Assembly: GCA_002104945.1 (NCBI GenBank)
Contig: MCFH01000133.1
Span: forward strand, 1 to 30,481
Reading direction: 5' to 3'
DNA from: Piromyces finnis finn
Taxonomy: Eukaryota; Fungi; Neocallimastigomycota
Length of the DNA stretch: 30,481 bases
Under the pieces are notes generated by a model. The model worked only from the letters and a program-made list of their open reading frames with translations, searched no databases and was not told where the DNA came from. The position numbers were made by a program, and so were the translations under genes. This document shows, in pieces, positions 28,365-30,481 of the stretch (the stretch's first letter is position 1; every line of letters begins with the position of its first letter).

Positions 28365-28913
28365 GTCGTTCCAGTTTTTATCCTGGTTGTTAAGGCGTTT
28401 CCTTAGCATACATAAGGCTTCTGGTTCGACCCCAGATGTCAGTGCCTGTGGATTTTCCCACTGGGTTTGCCATGGGTTGGGTTATGATATTCAGGTAAGT
28501 ATAAATGAACTTTCTAATTTACTACTATGATAATAACACTCGTCTAGCCGGCCTGAGAGGGTCTAGTGTACATGGTACATTCCAAATTAGAACTTAATAA
28601 GTGGTGACTTAGGCTATGCCAAAAAACAATAATATTCCTTAATCAATTTAAGTGTAAACATTAGGGGGCGGTTGACACGTGATCAAATTGACTATAAGAG
28701 GCTTAGCATTGTAGTTGTGAAATATCGTACAACGACATGCATTTAATGTACATGGATTAAGTGAGCGTCGAAGCTGAAGAAACAGTATGACAGACCAGGA
28801 GGGTCACAACCACCTAGCAATAGGAATGAGCCAACGTTTCTCTAAGAACCATCATTGGAGCTAACTCTGATCGATGGAGAAATGCACTCGGAAGTTAAAA
28901 AAAAAAAAAAAAA
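28365..28913 (+). mobile_element. Candidate tRNA-derived SINE: tRNA-Ala-like head, GC-rich body, A17 tail, 13-bp TSD
   Basis: TACTTTAAAAAAA flanks both sides (28351-28363 and 28914-28926). B-box GGTTCGACCCC at 28423-28433. Poly(A) at 28897-28913. GC roughly 40% by eye versus under 20% in the flanks. No meaningful ORF. Confidence 0.75.
28377..28443 (+). other. Degenerate tRNA-Ala(AGC)-like head with Pol III B-box (not a functional tRNA)
   Basis: GCG-TTTCC-TTAGCAT-ACATA-AGGCT-TCTGG-TTCGACC-CCAGA has canonical tRNA spacing: anticodon loop TT-AGC-AT, 5-nt variable loop, perfect 5-bp T stem. Anticodon, D and acceptor stems do not pair. Confidence 0.75.
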
Positions 28914-29155
28914 TACTTTAAAAAAATGTTTAACAAAGTATACAATATATAAAAATTGTATTACATTTTAAAAAAAAAATATTAATATTATTAATTTAAA
29001 ATTCCAACTCTTTTTTTTTTTTTTAAACATAACATTTGAAAGTATGAAATATTAATATTATACATTTAAATTTATAATTCAAATAGAAAGAGAATTGATT
29101 AATTAAAAAGTTTTTTTTAAAAATAATATATAAAATAACTATAATTTAGGTAATA

Positions 29156-30018
29156 ATGGATAAAACTATTAAGGGATTAAAACCACTTTCAGACGATTTA
29201 AAAATCGATGGCTCAAACTACAGAATTTTAATTGTACACACTAGATGGTAATTAATATTTTAATCAGGATTTTAACTAAAACAGTAACATAATAATATCA
29301 ATAAGTAATGTTAAAATTGGATGATTAATCTTAATTCGAAATTTCATAATAAAATTATAAAAATAAAAGATTTCAACTTAAATTGCAATGGATACATCAT
29401 TTATATAATTTCAATATGCATTAGTTATAATGATTGTTTGTTTATTTAAATTTATATATATATAAAAAATAACCGAGTTTAATCCGTATATAAAATAATT
29501 TAAAATGTTTTTAAAATCTGTTTTAGTTATAAAAATAAATGTATTTAAGAACTTTCTGAAAAATTAATTTAAAAATTTTATAATAAAAAAATAGGAATTC
29601 AACTGTCGTTGATCCACTCGTTAAAGGTGCTAAGGAAACTTTAATCAATGAATATAATGTTAAAGAAGAAAACGTTTGTATCTACGGTATTCCAGGTGCA
29701 TATGAACTTCCATACACTGCTCACCATCTTATTGAAGCTGCAAAAAGAGAGTAAACCTTTCAATGCTGTTATTTGTATTGGTGTATTAATCAAGGGAAGT
29801 ACTGCTCATTTTGAATATATTTTGAAGCTGTTACTCAAGGAATTATGAGAGTAAATATTGATACCGACACCCCAGTTATTTTCGGTGTATTAACTTGTTT
29901 AAATGAAGAACAAGCTTTATTACGTGCTGGTATTGGTGAAAATAGTCATAATCATGCTATTGACTGGGCTGGAACTGCAATTGAAATGGCTAAGGTTCGC
30001 TCCATTAAAGAATTTTAA
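29156..30018 (+). CDS. RIB4: 6,7-dimethyl-8-ribityllumazine synthase (fungal type), exons 29156-29247 and 29595-30018; two apparent indels (~29745, ~29822)
   Basis: [76 protein letters not shown] match yeast Rib4 motifs. Confidence 0.93.
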
Positions 30019-30481
30019 TTTAACAATTTAAAAAACTAAAAAAAAAAAGAAAATATAATACTAGTTAATAATACATATTTATATTAGCCAATATAAAAAC
30101 CATATTAAAAAATACATATGGATTATTAAAACAAGCTCAAAAAACAAACTAAAAAACAAAATAAAAATAAAAATTAATATGCTTTTTAAAGTAATCTCTA
30201 GAAAGGGTATTTTATACATCATCCAAACAAAGATGTAGAATCATTTTTCTATATATAATGTATTGATAATGTATCATAAAAATAAAGAATGTAATAAATA
30301 GTAACCTATCATTTTCTAAAATTAATTTTTGTAATACTAAAAACAAAATAGATAATTTACTTTTACTACCACCATCAATGCTTTTATAATAAAAATAAAT
30401 TTATAAAGTGTCGAAAAAAAAAAAAAAAAACATTATTTTATAAGTAATTTCAATAGTTTATCTAAAGAGAACTTTTTATAT

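Noticed and set aside
28377-28443. Functional tRNA-Ala(AGC) gene
   Set aside because: Only the T-arm pairs. Acceptor, D and anticodon stems are broken and no terminator follows, so it was kept only as a SINE head.
28321-28530. 69-aa ORF overlapping the element head
   Set aside because: Non-ATG start, no recognisable domain; explained by locally higher GC.
28545-28562. TAGCCGGCCTGAGAGGGT resembles a bacterial 16S rRNA segment
   Set aside because: Similarity stops at ~18 nt and neither flank continues as 16S; treated as coincidence unless other copies extend the match.
28780-28896. Hammerhead-like cores (CTGAAGA; CTGATCGA...GAAA) near the element 3' end
   Set aside because: Stems II and III cannot be formed with canonical geometry.

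Overview
Extremely AT-rich, intron-containing eukaryotic DNA. Axonemal genes, fungal-type housekeeping genes and a gut-bacterial-like ATPase/nuclease relic together point to an anaerobic gut fungus (Neocallimastigomycota); this is an inference. Left to right: (1) the 5' half of DEAD-box helicase DBP9/DDX56, caught in a ~1.66 kb fold-back palindrome, plus a second degenerate copy; (2) an F-box + ankyrin-repeat gene (-); (3) DRC3/LRRC48 (+), whose 12-exon, 522-aa model only closes if two introns are U12-type AT-AC introns; (4) TVP18 (+); (5) ODAD3/CCDC151 (-), with an intronic (ATT)n tract; (6) a heavily frameshifted coiled-coil/RING-like gene (-); (7) a bacterial-type AAA-ATPase/PD-(D/E)XK nuclease pseudogene with an internal deletion; (8) a ~550 bp GC-rich element with a tRNA-Ala(AGC)-like head, poly(A) tail and 13-bp target-site duplication, i.e. 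a candidate SINE; (9) lumazine synthase RIB4 (+). The most interesting signals are the candidate SINE and the two AT-AC minor introns. Single-base indels are frequent near both window ends, so many frameshifts may be consensus errors. All family assignments come from manual translation and recalled motifs; no database search was run.
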